A program made the translations under genes and the position numbers. The notes beneath the pieces are model-generated. The model made no database searches. It was not told the origin of the DNA and worked only from the letters and a program-made list of their open reading frames with translations. DNA of 63,268 bases, filler included, from Diploschistes diacapsis (lineage: Eukaryota): the NCBI GenBank assembly GCA_023645945.1. It is 26 parts of 26 records of this genome, joined end to end, with 100 filler letters (N's around TTAATTAATTAA, not from the genome) between each part and the next. Parts side by side here need not be neighbours in the genome. Positions count along the whole stretch, not along the records: positions 9,921 to 32,007 come from JALAIB010000290.1; positions 32,108 to 33,659 come from JALAIB010002900.1; positions 33,760 to 35,310 come from JALAIB010002901.1; positions 35,411 to 36,960 come from JALAIB010002902.1; positions 37,061 to 38,610 come from JALAIB010002903.1; 21 more parts are not named here. The stretch is one strand, 5' to 3'. Below are positions 24,850 to 37,421 of this stretch, one piece after another (the first letter of the stretch is position 1; every line of letters begins with the position of its first letter).

Positions 24850-26749
24850 CCTTTATCATTAGTTCATGGTATTGGTTCATTGTGTACTGACGTTGCTAGC
24901 GCTCTCACGGACTTGTTGCGATGCTCATCTGTGAGCTCTGAAGCATCACGCTTGCTATCTCCTACCCTGGATATCGTCCTACTTCTTGGGTTGCTTTTAC
25001 GGGGGGGAGGGATTGTATAGTATAGGGTAACGGTGCGAGCAGATGTTGATGAATTATGATAGAAGCCGATCGTTATTTCAATCATCTGGTTGACCTTTCC
25101 ACGCATTCTAGACCGTGAAGGGCTTTGCCTAAAATGTCTTTGGGACCGAGGCGGAACAAAGCAAGTGATGGCTAACCAGGCAGAGATAGACTTAATTGGG
25201 TGATGGAAGCCCTTCACGCACAAGGTCATACATACAAGGATATGTATGGTATATCAATACTTATGCACCATAAGTAGCAAGCGATATCGAGAATGACTTG
25301 TACGCCCAGTATCTTTTTCAATATTCTATAACGACACAAGAGCTCGAGGGATGCTTGAAACCGCTTACTACATGAATTATTATAAATTTACTTTCCGATC
25401 GATGTGAAACACCTCTTGAGCTCTTATGTGACTATGAAGTGGCAGAATATTAGTCAACGCTACTTTCTCGCACTTCCAAGTCAAGTTTTTCTTTTGCCAG
25501 TCTTTTTCGACCGAGTTTCATATCGCTCCGGCTGTCCAATTACCCAGAGGAAAAGTAAGTACCTCTTACATTCCAAGATGAGTAAACCCCATAAACGTTA
25601 CCTCTACGGTATCCGACAAGTTGTCCGATCGCTAAGATAAGCGAGCCAATCAGTATTCATTAACACTCTCATACGTAATATTGATTGGTTCGCTTAGCCT
25701 TAGCGCTGACTAACTCATCATACATATGGATGTACTCTGTAGTCCGTACCTCCTATCAAAGTAAGAAAAGTGTCATTTGGGAAGATAAAACAGTACCGAG
25801 TACGTGGGTGTTCAGGCACGGAATGGAGAACCAGTACCGGATGGAACATGCCAGAGATCCCGTACCAACCCTCTCTCCTAAATGGGAATGAGATGAGGAA
25901 TAAGGAGGTGGTGGCCTGCCGCTTGCGAAGTCAATACTATACTATCAGAGTCTATTCATCTTCGGGCAAGCCAAGTACTGGGCAGATTCATGTTTTCTAC
26001 TGTACTAAAGTCAGTGATGCTAATACTTGGAGATAGCCGGAGGCCGTACTTTGTAGGCCAATGAATGAGGTACCGAATTTCCATCAGATCTAGATTTCTT
26101 CGCGGGAGGAAGCCATGCGTGACCAATACGATTTGTATACGTCTTTTCTCTCCGATGTGACAACAACTCTCTCTCGAGCGGCGAAGAGTTTTCACGGCAC
26201 GAGATTGCACAATCCTGGCATTTAGCAGAGCCGAAACGCTTTAACGTCTAGTGCATCGACTTTATTGAACACTTGCCCGCCCAAAGCTCAGATCTGGGTT
26301 TGGCAGAAGGGGGACTGTGCCTACCGTAGGCTGCTAGGCAATCTAGACTTGAAAGATCCTTCTCTTGTACCGACCTTTCGGACGCCATGGTTCTTATGTG
26401 GAAGCCTACGTTTGGTGCTGTCTTGGTTTGTAATCTCATATCTTGAAGCGCTTCTACAATTGCTCTTCATACCAGACTTTACTTGCTTCGTTGTGCGCGT
26501 CGTCCAATCTGAGCTTCAAACTGTGCGACGTCAAAGCACTCGAAACCGGGCCATGGTACTTGCAGCCTTTTGCCACAGAGACTCGAAGTCGTTATATAGT
26601 TTACTCTTCGCCTGGCGAGCAAGGCCCATCACCGAACATAACGCCCTGGCCAATCTAATATAGAACCTTCCTGTCTCCTCATCCGTGTCCTCCCACGCCC
26701 ACTTACGTCCAGCCTAGCTCCTGCATCGCGTTGCCAGAGGCCGGATATC

Positions 26750-27913
26750 ATGGCCGCACCGACGCCCACGAGCGGTACATTCGGTGGTATCGCCTCGCCC
26801 AATCTGAGCGGGTACGACCTCTCCGATCACACATCTTATGGAGGCCGTCTAAACGTCATCACTATCTTACTTTTGTGCGTGGTCACCATCTCAGTGACGC
26901 TGCGTTCCTGTCTACGTTTGTTGGTGGTGCGCAAGATGTGGGTGGATGATTGTAGGTCTCGAGTACTCTGGGACACCGTGAAAGGCTAATCTGGTGCCAA
27001 GACCTACTGATCCTGGCTGCTGTTGTGCATATTGTCTTTTCGGCGCTGATGCTCTACGGTATAACTCCAGTCCTCCACGCATCAGTCAAGCCTAACCATA
27101 TCGCAGGCGTTCAGCTAGGTTTCGGCAGGCACATATGGGATGTTGCACCCCTCGCCTCCATCTTCGATCGAATCAAGAGCAGTATACAGGTCCGTTTTTG
27201 GGCAATCTTAGCAACCTTAGCAGGCGTACCTAATCCATTCGCAGGACCTCTTCATACTCCAAATCCTTTACGCCACCGGCATCTCCCTTGCCAAACTTAG
27301 TATAATGGCCTGCTACCTGCGCATCTTCCCCCATACCTACCTGACTTGGATCACATCCGTCACTGGCTCCGTCGTCGCTGCCCTCTGGATCTGCACCGTC
27401 TTCGTCACCATCTTCCAATGTAATCCCTTACAAGCGGTCTGGGACTTTGACGTCTCAAGTGCCATCTGCATCGATTTCATCGATTACCTTTACGTTGCGG
27501 GCGCTATCAACGGCGTCACCGATCTCCTGCTTGTTTTCGCGCCACTTCCGCTCATATACAGGCTACAAATCTCGAGAAAGGAGAAGACCATCATCTCTTG
27601 TCTCTTCGGCCTGGGCTTCTTCGCGTCGACGGCAGCTTTCATCCGGCTCTCGCATCTGCACGAACTGGGGAGCGTGGACGTCACCCAGTCGATAACGAGG
27701 ACACTGCAGTGGACAAACATCGAGTTAGGCATCGGTATCTTCTGCCCGTGCGCGCCGAGTTTTAAGCCGCTGCTCACAAGGTTTCTCCCGAGCAAACCGG
27801 CGCCCAACCTGTCAGCGACTCACTCGGTCCCGGCGTCCAGAAGATATAGGCTGCAGAAGCAGGGCACCGAGGGATTCGAGGTGAGTGCTATACCTGCTTG
27901 GCCCTTCCAATAG
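26750..27913 (+). CDS. PTH11-like (fungal rhodopsin-domain) integral membrane protein; at least 3 introns, C-terminus uncertain (could extend to about 28043)
   Basis: Spliced motifs RK.WVDDYLLILA, GFGRHIWD, LAKLSI..YLRIF, FQCNP..AVWD..C, TDLLLVFAPLP and W..IELGIGIFC.CAP. Confidence 0.85.
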
Positions 27914-28771
27914 GCCGTTCAGACTTGGTGAGCAAGAGCTGATGATGCCACAGCTCGTCTCGAAGGATCGAGCCGGTGCGGAGCAGGTTGGAAAGACGCC
28001 TCGTGGATACACAACAGAGGTTACTGCGGATGTGGGGAAATGAGTGGGCCGCTATCTACGAATAGGAGTACACAAAGGGCCGACAGAGATCTTCTCGTTA
28101 GGCGACTTCGATATGTTCCGGCCAGGCTACCGTAGGTGAAGCCAGGAATGGAGAACCTCATGTTGACTCGCCAGTCACTCTTCCCTGTCATGGCGTTCAG
28201 TTTCCCGGCTTACCCCCCCCTCACCTCCCAACGGGCTCGAGAATCTGGACAAGCCTACGGGAGTAAAAGTCACTGTGGGCTTTGGAGCCGAGGCCACAAT
28301 GCCGTGGTCAACCCCTCTTGAAGCTTGGTGATCGACGAGAAGCCGTGCGGCTCCTTTGTCAGAATCGGCATTGCTGCTAAGAGGCCTACGGTGAGAGAGA
28401 CTTCAGGGAAAGAGCGATGGAAAATAGGAGGGTGGACATTATTGCGGAATATCCGAAAGGATTAACGAGATATGCACGATCTAATGCTGGGTATATATAT
28501 GTGGACCGTAAGTGCTGGGATGTAGTCGTGAAAGAAGAAACAAGAGAACAGTTCATAAGCTTCGGGCGCGATACGTCCTTTGCTGTCCGCATCGGGTCCC
28601 CCCCCCCCCCTCCGCACGCCAGTCAACGCTACTTAATGCATGTGCTTTCTCGCCCGCGGCGCGCAAAGGGGCAAAGCACGCCACGACCCTTCCTCCGCCC
28701 ATCCCATCGCAACATAGGTACGTACTCGGACCAAAAAAAAATTATAAGACCCACACTCATGCCTCCACAAC

Positions 28772-30049
28772 TCACACCCCCGGCCCCTGCGTCACCCCGA
28801 ACATGCCGCCCAGCGCACTCTTGAACGTCGCATTCCTCCAATCGCCCCACGCATGGTCCAGCAGCCCATAGCTCTCGTCCGCATCCACCACCCCCTCTCG
28901 AACATAGTACCCGCCCTGCAGCGCCCACAGCGCCCAGTCCGCATCGTTGCCCTCCATGTAGCCCACCAGACACTTCAGGTACGCCTGCTCGAGCGCGAGC
29001 TCCGCGTCGCCGAGCAGGTTGCCGCCCGCGCCGGCGATGACCTGCGTCGCGCCAAACTCGGACAGCCACAGGGGCGCGGTGAAGGGCCGATCCTGCTCGA
29101 GCACGAAGCCCGTCCTGGCGCCCAGGATGTCGTCGTAGATGGCGCACACGGAGGAGGAGACGGGGAAGGACCAGTAGTAGGAGTGGAACTCGAACACGGT
29201 CTTGTCCGGCCAGGCGCTGGTGTCGAGCGGCGTGGACTGCAGGTAGCTCAGGTCCGTGGCGGAGGTGACGCCGCCGAAGACGATCAGCAGGTTCGGGTTG
29301 CCGGCGTGGATGGCCTGCGCCCCCTGCGTCATCAGGCTGTACCAGTCCGCGTGGTTGTTCGAGTCCTGGGATCCGACGGCGCGCAGCTCGTTGCGCAGCG
29401 ACATGCCGACGATGTTGGAGTGCGTGGTGGAGAAGGCGGACATGGCGGAGAGGCCGGCGAGCCAGTCGGTTGTGTTGAACCACTGCGAGTTGGAGGCGGT
29501 GTAGCCCGAGGCCGTGTCCCACCAGCCGTTGCCGTCGGTGCTGTTGCAGCACCATTGGGCTTTGGAGACGTGGTTGTCGAGGACGACGCTTATGGAGTGG
29601 GAGGCGAGGGTGGCGATGACGGTCTCGAAGGTGGAGAGGCGGGTGGCGGTGCTGAGGAAAGGGTTCTGCGCGACGGCGTCGGAGTATTGGGCTTGCAGCG
29701 CAGCGAGGTTGGTATTGGTGCCGCTGGAGTTGGCGGCTTGGGTGAAGGAGTCGGAGACGCTGATGTTGGGAGCTAGAGCCATGTCGATGGAGTAGGTCAG
29801 GCGGACGCAGTTGAAGTCGTTGGACGCGATCCAAACGGCAATCTTATCAACTGGTTGCTTGGAGAGCCCTTCAGGCACGCCAGGCTCGAGGTGGCCGGCC
29901 CAGTTGACGCAGCGGAGCTTGAACCGATCGCCATTGCTGTCAACGACCCACCTGCTCGAGGTTGATAGTGGATATGCAACTTCAGAGTGGGCGCTAGAGA
30001 TTAGTGCCGACAACGAAGCGACGTACGGTAAAAGCGAGGGAATGTACAT
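28772..30049 (-). CDS. Secreted glycoside hydrolase family 5 (likely subfamily GH5_11), 425 aa, intronless
   Basis: Signal peptide, RFKLRCVNWAGHLE..PEGL, VVLDNHVS, catalytic LRNELR, FEFHSY and WLSEFG. Confidence 0.92.
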   Translation of the reverse strand: MYIPSLLPYVASLSALISSAHSEVAYPLSTSSRWVVDSNGDRFKLRCVNWAGHLEPGVPEGLSKQPVDKIAVWIASNDFNCVRLTYSIDMALAPNISVSDSFTQAANSSGTNTNLAALQAQYSDAVAQNPFLSTATRLSTFETVIATLASHSISVVLDNHVSKAQWCCNSTDGNGWWDTASGYTASNSQWFNTTDWLAGLSAMSAFSTTHSNIVGMSLRNELRAVGSQDSNNHADWYSLMTQGAQAIHAGNPNLLIVFGGVTSATDLSYLQSTPLDTSAWPDKTVFEFHSYYWSFPVSSSVCAIYDDILGARTGFVLEQDRPFTAPLWLSEFGATQVIAGAGGNLLGDAELALEQAYLKCLVGYMEGNDADWALWALQGGYYVREGVVDADESYGLLDHAWGDWRNATFKSALGGMFGVTQGPGV

Positions 30050-31101
30050 TTTCGCGGTTATTTGATTGTATTGACAACGAAAGTGCTCCTACCTATACTG
30101 GCCTCGAAGCGTGAAAGCAAAAAACTTCGCAAATAAGGAGAGCGCGACCTGTTGCACCATATATGGTTGTGCAATGTGCGACACGCCTGCCTTTCTCGCG
30201 GGGAGAGTACCGCAAACAGAAAGGATGCATGATGTGCATCACACAACCGTGTCCGTGCACGAGCGCAACCAAATTGCAATCAGAAGGAACAGTAGACCTT
30301 TGGTGTCTAGGAGAGCAAGGCGCACAAATAGTCATATAACCTGGACTCTGATAGTATCGACAGCGTTAATCATGGGGAGCCAATGGCATGCCACAAGGCA
30401 AGAAACACCAAGCTCTGTCCTGCAGTAGGCCCCTTTTACCAGACCCGCATGACGAGGGGGGGATCGCAACAAACCGGTTTGGGATGTCAAGGACCGAACC
30501 AAGCTCAGCGCTTTGTCGAGAAGTTGAAGTGACAGGACAGGACTGCTCTGATGGTGGGAAGGATCTATATGATAATAGAGAAGAGGATGTTGAAGAGAAT
30601 GTCAGGCAACCCGCCTTTGCCTCGGGACACGGCACCTGACGCTCGGCCTCGTACGGAAGCGGATTCTGGTGATTCTGCTGCATCACACCGAGATTCTTTT
30701 TTTTTGGACCAAACCTATTGCTGAGAGCCCTGTTAGGGAATGCATTGTTCCTCGAGATCGTTGATCTGGATAAAACCTCGGGATCAGTCCCGTTCAGCCT
30801 TATGATGATTTGATAATAATGCCGGCATTAAGTCGTCCGAGCGCGACTGCTTCCGTGTCATTGGAGATGCTTTCGAGGTTGGCAAACGATAAGAAGATGC
30901 TTCATAGATCTCATGTTCTATAAAGAGACTGCAATCCCCTCACGTAAGTCACTGTTATTTGTCAAGTTCACTGCATCTACACCTGTCCATCGCGACCTTT
31001 ATCGTTGTCATCGACGTCTTCATCATCTGAAGTAATATCAGCCTGCACTGAGAAGACCAATCCCAATCAACTCAGGTCTAACCCAACCCCGTTCATCCAA
31101 A

Positions 31102-31560
31102 ATGCAATTCCACTCCCTATCCCTAGGCCGCATCCTCCTCAGCCTCTCATCTCTCGGCACCGCCGTCGGCGCCTTCCTCGCCGACGTCGTCACCGACACC
31201 CACATCTTCAACCCGAGGTGGACGCCACACGCCAAGTTCCACGGCGGCCAAACCATCGCCATGTCCGTCGTACTGGGCCTCATGGGCCTCTACCTGACGT
31301 GGCGCCGGGACCCCCGCTGCTCGGCGCGCGAACAGAGGCAGGTCCTGTGGGACGCCTTCTGCGTGACGAGCATCTACTGGGTTACGCAATTTGCGGCCGG
31401 CTTCGTGCCCGGAGCGTTGGCCACGGATCCGGAGTTTGGGGAGGGAAACCCGCAAAAGTATTTGCAGGTGGGGTTTTTGGCGATGAACGCCTTGGGGTAT
31501 TGGTATGAGGCGGGACAGGTGAAGGCCGGAGCGGAGGCGGGGAGAGGAAAGGATGAGTAA
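31102..31560 (+). CDS. Small membrane protein, DUF6640-like, 152 aa
   Basis: THIFNPRWTPHAKFHGGQT motif and PG..TDPEFG, with hydrophobic helices and high-GC3 coding bias. Confidence 0.8.
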   Translation: MQFHSLSLGRILLSLSSLGTAVGAFLADVVTDTHIFNPRWTPHAKFHGGQTIAMSVVLGLMGLYLTWRRDPRCSAREQRQVLWDAFCVTSIYWVTQFAAGFVPGALATDPEFGEGNPQKYLQVGFLAMNALGYWYEAGQVKAGAEAGRGKDE

Positions 31561-31909
31561 GGGTGGGAGCAGAAGGATGCGGGAGGGTGCGTCATGAGGT
31601 GAAGGCACGGCAAATATATTCGTTCGAGTTTTATGATTATTGGGACCGTGATAAGCCTGCACATAGCAAGATACCTCGTATGCGAATGAACAGTTCATCA
31701 TCCAGGAGAGCTTCCAGACAGAGACTCACAAACTCGACATGACACAAAATATCGCGGAAACACCCCCGCATCCAATTACGGTCCAGTTTCCTTCCTATCA
31801 TTGATCGTCACTTGGCATGTCTCTGTACCCTTCAACTTCCATTTCTTCATCCTCTCAAAAACCCGAAACTAGACATCCCATCAGTACAACCAACAAAGGC
31901 CCAGAGACC

Positions 31910-31972
31910 ATGTCCTCTCCCAACTCCCTACAAACTCCAGCCCACTGTACCGCAGACTTCTGCCTCATCCCG
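31910..31972 (+). CDS. ECM15: First exon of a thiamine-binding/YkoF (UPF0045) protein, truncated by contig end
   Basis: MSSPNSLQTPAHCTADFCLIP followed by a GTAACC donor. C.ADFCLIP is the Ecm15 N-terminal signature. Confidence 0.7.
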
Positions 31973-32246
31973 GTAACCCTCTTCCTCCCCTTCCCCCCTT
32001 TCCATTCNNNNNNNNNNNNNNNNNNNNNNNNNNNNNNNNNNNNNNNNNNNNTTAATTAATTAANNNNNNNNNNNNNNNNNNNNNNNNNNNNNNNNNNNNN
32101 NNNNNNNATTCGATTTATTCCGAACGTACCATACGCGATTTATTTAATCGAGTAATATAATCCGTCTCTTACGTTAACGCGTTTTTTAACGACGAAAACA
32201 CTGCGACATCGAATAATTAAAAAAGATAAGAACTATACAGTAATAA

Positions 32247-33659
32247 TGTTTGGCAACGTAATGGATTATTGAAGTCTAGAGGTCTTATCTAGGAGGTTAT
32301 CCTACTTTACAGACTTTTATCCTCGTGAGATACGCTAAACCCTACTACCTACGCTATTCCTTATTCGGTCTAGTTAGAATTTCAAATGATTTAATTAAAC
32401 TGAATCTCGAAGTTCAACTAAACTGAACCTCCTTCTAGAATTTAGTTATATTTCTAGCTATATTTTTTACCTATCTGCTCAACATTCTTTTATAGACGGC
32501 ATTATCCGATATATTTATATAATCCAACTAGATATCTTTTAAATTAAATCGTGTTCCTTGATAAAGGCGTCGTGCTTCGAATAATTTAATAGTTTCGTAA
32601 GCTTATTAATAATCATTTTATCGGTAAAAACATAAGATACCCTAATACGTCCTTACTTAACAAGATCTCGTACGTGATAATAAATAATATCGACGTGTTT
32701 TGAACGGTCGTTGATTTTTGCGTATTTTACTAGATTTAAAGAACCAATATTATCGCCGAGTAAATTGATAATATATAGAAATGGTCCTATAAGATCAAGA
32801 TAATTAATATCTTTTAAAAATTATGAACATTATAAAGCCTGTTTATCGGCGTGAAATAAACCAATATACTTAATTTTTATAATTAACGTTAAAACTGAAC
32901 TTTATTTCTTATTTATTTACAATATTGATTTATCGTATAGTTAAAAGATATATTTATACGTAAACTTTCGGTCTAATTTATCTTCTTTATAATCTACATC
33001 GAAGTATCCCCGTAATTTCGAAAATTTAGATTTAAAACTGAATTAAATTTTAATATCCTTTATTTTCCGAATATAACGGAATAGTCCCTTTAAAATATAT
33101 AAATTTTTGGGCAACGCATGTATTGAAGTCTAGATATCTAGAGATCTAACTAGAAGGAAGAGTCTACATGCAAGCTCTTATACCAATAGAATCCACTAAG
33201 CCCTATAGACTTGCACTACTCCCGTTTAGGATTAATAGGAACCCCAGTAGGTTCAGCTGAACCGAACCTGAACCTAAGGTTCAGCTGAACTTCCCAGCCA
33301 TGCATTCTACCTGCCTGCTCAACATTCCCCCACGGGCGGAACCATCGGCATGTTCATTTAATTCAGCTAAATACCTTCTATATTAGTCCAAGTTCTTTAA
33401 TAAATATGTCGTGCTTAGCGTAATTTAGTGATTTCGTTAATCCGTCGACAATTATCTTATTTATAAGTATATAAATAATATTAATACGGTCTCGTTTGAC
33501 TAAATTTCGTATATAATAATAGATAATATCGATATATTTTAATTTATTATTGATTCTCGCGTGCTTTATTAAATTTAAAGAATTCATATTATTTCTTAAT
33601 AATTTAATAATAAATAAAAATGTAGTAAATGTATTGTATTGTGTGATGATTAGATGATA
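32247..33659 (-). mobile_element. Two nested Ty1/Copia (family B) 3' ends: LTRs at 32247-32484 and 33105-33324, each adjoining RNase H remnants
   Basis: LTR TGTTGAGCAG...TTGCCAAACA preceded by a PPT (CGTGGGGGAA in the second copy). Copia RNase H motif HARIN..KYIDIIYY.IR.LV...I..DGLTKSL. Confidence 0.85.
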
Positions 33660-33960
33660 NNNNNNNNNNNNNNNNNNNNNNNNNNNNNNNNNNNNNNNNN
33701 NNNTTAATTAATTAANNNNNNNNNNNNNNNNNNNNNNNNNNNNNNNNNNNNNNNNNNNNGGGAAGGTGTGGTTGGAAGGTGAAGGATGTTAGGACGATGC
33801 GGAGAGTTTGAGGGAGATGGAGGACGGGGTAGGATAATGCAGCTCTGGCAATGTGGGGGATCCTGCTGCAATTGATTTTCAAAAAAAAAAAAGGAAACAT
33901 GATGTACAGCTTCGCCGCGTTAGGGATCTTGTAAGCATAGATTGTTGATTTTAACACTAT

Positions 33961-34626
33961 TTACTGCGATTCCGGAGGGTCGAGGCGGTTGTCCTCGATA
34001 AGCGGAATGCCTTCTTTCTCCACCGCCTTCAACACCGAAGCACGTTTGGTGACTTCGAGCACGAGCTTCGTGTAATTAGGAAACCTTCCCTTCATGTCCA
34101 ACTTCAGCAAGTATCCCCAGCGGTAGATCACATATAGGAAAACATCGACCGCAGTAAAAGCATTTCCGACGGCATGCACCCCGGTCAACCGCTCTTCGAT
34201 GTCGGCATAACACTGTTCAATCCAGGCATGAGATTTTCGGCGTATGGATTCAAACGCACTTTCGTCGTCGGCGTAAAGGCTCGGTCTGAAAAATGCACCG
34301 AATCCACGCTCGTGGAAGGTACCCGACAGCCAGTTAAACCACTCGTACGAACGGACGACGTCGAGATCGTTGGCTCCAAGAAGACGATGGTCCGGCGCCA
34401 TTTGCGAGATTCTTGTTGAGATGGCCACGGTCTCGGTGATAACGGTACCGTCATCCAAGACCAAGATCGGAAGACGTTGTTTGGGGTTCAACTTCTTGTA
34501 CCTCTCCGGGAATCCTCCTTCCTTCACGATATCAACCACAACGAGTTCAAAATCCGCATGAATCTCGTAGAGTAGGATGTGTGGGAGTAGTGAGCACGTG
34601 GCAGGCGATGCCCACACTTTAAGCAT
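33961..34626 (-). CDS. Glutathione S-transferase, beta-class-like, 221 aa, intronless
   Basis: N-terminal SPATCSL.PHI.L.E (catalytic Cys), LNPKQRLPIL, ITETVAI, WLSGTFH and FTAVD.FLYV..RW. Confidence 0.9.
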   Translation of the reverse strand: MLKVWASPATCSLLPHILLYEIHADFELVVVDIVKEGGFPERYKKLNPKQRLPILVLDDGTVITETVAISTRISQMAPDHRLLGANDLDVVRSYEWFNWLSGTFHERGFGAFFRPSLYADDESAFESIRRKSHAWIEQCYADIEERLTGVHAVGNAFTAVDVFLYVIYRWGYLLKLDMKGRFPNYTKLVLEVTKRASVLKAVEKEGIPLIEDNRLDPPESQ

Positions 34627-34815
34627 TGCGGCGGGGTGTATTAGGTAGGTGGATAGAAGAATGTAGGATTCTGGCTGTGGGGATGCTGATCCTCGCTAAG
34701 AATATTTTGTTGGATAAGAAATGGTCGGGCCGATGAGCTTGAACTAAAGCCTAATTTAGTTTAGCGCGCTGGAAAAAAGCTATTATAGTGTTGGACATAA
34801 GGTCAAATCATTGTA

Positions 34816-35310
34816 ACGTGTTTGACGGTCAGCTGTTACGATCCAGGGTACTGAACGAGTCCCTGGCACGTCATAGCTAGTCGGGCACTTCCCAACCATT
34901 CCTTGTATATAGCCAACCACGGACGTTAGGTCACGTGACTGACAGATATTTAGTAATAGACATCTGTTAAGGATAGATCTGCCTGAATAGTTATTTATTA
35001 ATAATAATTTTATCGTAATAATTTTGTTGTCGATAATTAATTATCGCCCTTGTTTGGCAACGTAATAGATATATTAAAGTCTAGAAGTCTTATCCTATAA
35101 AGATATCCTACTGCGCAAACTTTTATACCCTACGGGATCCGTTAAGTTTTATTATCAACATTATTCCCGATCGATCTAGTTAAAGTTCTAAAAAATTTAA
35201 TTAAACTGAACCTCGGAATTTAATTAAACTGAACCCTCGACTAGAACTTAATCGAACTTTCAGCCGTATCTTTTATTTATTTACTTAACATTCTTTTATA
35301 GACGGAATCG
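34816..35310. mobile_element. Nested relics: Fot1 TIR (34816), family A-like LTR start (34834) and Copia family B LTR (35051-35290)
   Basis: TA|ACGTGTTTGACGGTCAGC, then TGTTACGATCCAGGG..., then TGTTTGGCAACG...TTAACA. Confidence 0.8.
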
Positions 35311-36051
35311 NNNNNNNNNNNNNNNNNNNNNNNNNNNNNNNNNNNNNNNNNNNNTTAATTAATTAANNNNNNNNNNNNNNNNNNNNNNNNNNNNNNNNNN
35401 NNNNNNNNNNTGGGGATGCGGTGGCGGTGGCGGTGGTGGTGTTGCTGGTGTTGTTGGTGCTGCTGTCGGTGCTGCTGCTGGGGCCGGCCAGCCAGCTGAG
35501 GAGGCTCCTGGTGCTCAATCTGAGATTGAGCATCAGAGCAGCCCAGTTGAGCTGGCCTGATGGCCATGATCATCCTTGTGTGTTGCTTGTGCTGTGGCGG
35601 CAGCTGTCTGGTGGATCTTCTCTTTCCTTTTTCCTTTTTCCTTCTTTTGGTATTATTAGGACAGAGATTTCATGACATGAAGTTCCCCATTGCAAGGCAA
35701 TCCACCCGATGATGCATGGGCCATGCTTTACTAAGCTTATGTATGCCAAGACAAAGATCCCTAGTGTCGCGATATGGCTGACACTCTAGTACTTACTCTA
35801 CGCACCACCACGTGGGCCCCTCGGTGGGTGAAGCAGCACTCACCTAGCAGGTCTTTTTATATAGCAGCTGTTGCGAAAACAAGTATGCAAATAAAAGACA
35901 GATCTACGCCTATATTTTAATTTCGAGACACGTGCAAGCGTTACCTCGTGGGACGTAAAACCATTGGTCATGCATAAAATGTCGATCAAGTAACCACACA
36001 GTTCCATCTATACCTACGACAAGCTGCCCTCGCCACCTCAAGTGACTGGCC

Positions 36052-36960
36052 ATGGCACAGCCTCCACACCTGATCAAGCTTAAACGGAAGCGCGGCGACG
36101 AGCCGGTAGACACTCTATGTACTTGCTATAACAAAGCCGCCGTCTCACAATGCTGACTACCGACAGTCATTCAAAGAGAAGGCCAGGACGTTTCAGCGCA
36201 GAATCTAGATGCCTCCTTCAAGTTCAAGCGGGTACGCAACGACGCACATGGCCCCAGTCCACCACGTGTTTCAGTCCCTGTCACCGTTACTTTCGGTCAG
36301 AACGATAGATCTGCACCTAAGACTTCAGCTGCGATCAACACAACAGTACCTCTCAATCCTACCACTGCCAAAGCTACTGCAACCGTCCCACCAGTTTCAC
36401 CCCGAAAGCGCGATGGCAACCAAGAGCCTACTCGCGCCGCGGCTGAACCATCCCTGAAGCCCAAGCGGGTCTTCCATCTCTCCAAAGAGCGCTCCCCAAC
36501 CATCCTCGGCACTCTTCGGCGCTCCTCCTCAGCCTCCAGCTTGAAAGGCGTAGGCAAGCGCGGCCGCCCAGCGGCACACGGCATCGCCGTGTTCTCAGAG
36601 CAGAAGATAACGCAACTAGAAAAAGTCCTCAAAATTGACTCATCCTCCGGTCTCGCCAAATCCATTCTCACCCAGAGCCAGGGCCAGGCAGCTAGCGAGC
36701 AAGAAGCCCCGCAACAAGATAAGCCAGCACGGACCCAGAAGCGCCCTAACGTCTCCGCGACGGAGCGCAAATGGCGTGCAGAACAGCGCACCAAAACATC
36801 ACCTTCAAGCACTGATCCCATTGGTCCAAGCACGGGAACACCTATTGCCGACGCCAACGACCCCTCCCTCTCCATAGCCTCTTCGCTCCAGCACTTCGCT
36901 CTGCACCAAGCCGGGCCCTCAACCACCGCCCCTCCTTCCTCCGAACCCATCCCCCAAGAC
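36052..36960 (+). CDS. IWR1: RNA polymerase II nuclear-import factor Iwr1, 5' part; exon 36052-36118, intron, exon 36167 to contig end
   Basis: The spliced N-terminus MAQPPHLIKLKRKRGDEPVDTLFIQ..FKFKRV and later KRVFHLS resemble Pezizomycotina Iwr1. The intron is GTACTT..GCTGAC..CAG and the frame stays open to the contig end. Confidence 0.72.
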
Positions 36961-37421
36961 NNNNNNNNNNNNNNNNNNNNNNNNNNNNNNNNNNNNNNNN
37001 NNNNTTAATTAATTAANNNNNNNNNNNNNNNNNNNNNNNNNNNNNNNNNNNNNNNNNNNNATGTTAATATATCCGACTATTATATTTAATCTTATTTTAT
37101 CTATCAACTTATTTTATCGTCCAGATAATAATTTAGGATTCACGTAATTATAGTATTTTAATTCTTAGATACGGATATTGTTTATTAACGGCTTTTCGCC
37201 TAGTTAATGTTCGGCAGGCGTCGCGATTGAATCGTTTAGTTTAGATCTTATTGTTATTCTATTTCGGATATGGTATTGGGTCAATATTGTTTGGTTTTAG
37301 AAAGCATATCCTTATTTCGTTTCTTTAAATATGGCACGGATGTTCACCTCGGTAATTTATATAAATCTTTCGGTAGTGTTATTTTAATTTGACGTATATG
37401 ATACTATCGATTTTATCTAAA

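Noticed and set aside
28629..29834. Long overlapping ORFs (401 aa minus, 307 aa plus) over the GH5 gene
   Set aside because: Shadow ORFs caused by high GC3. Only the 425-aa frame has domain motifs.
35411..35573. Gln/His-rich ORF at the contig edge, divergent from IWR1
   Set aside because: Low-complexity and truncated, so it cannot be distinguished from simple repeats.
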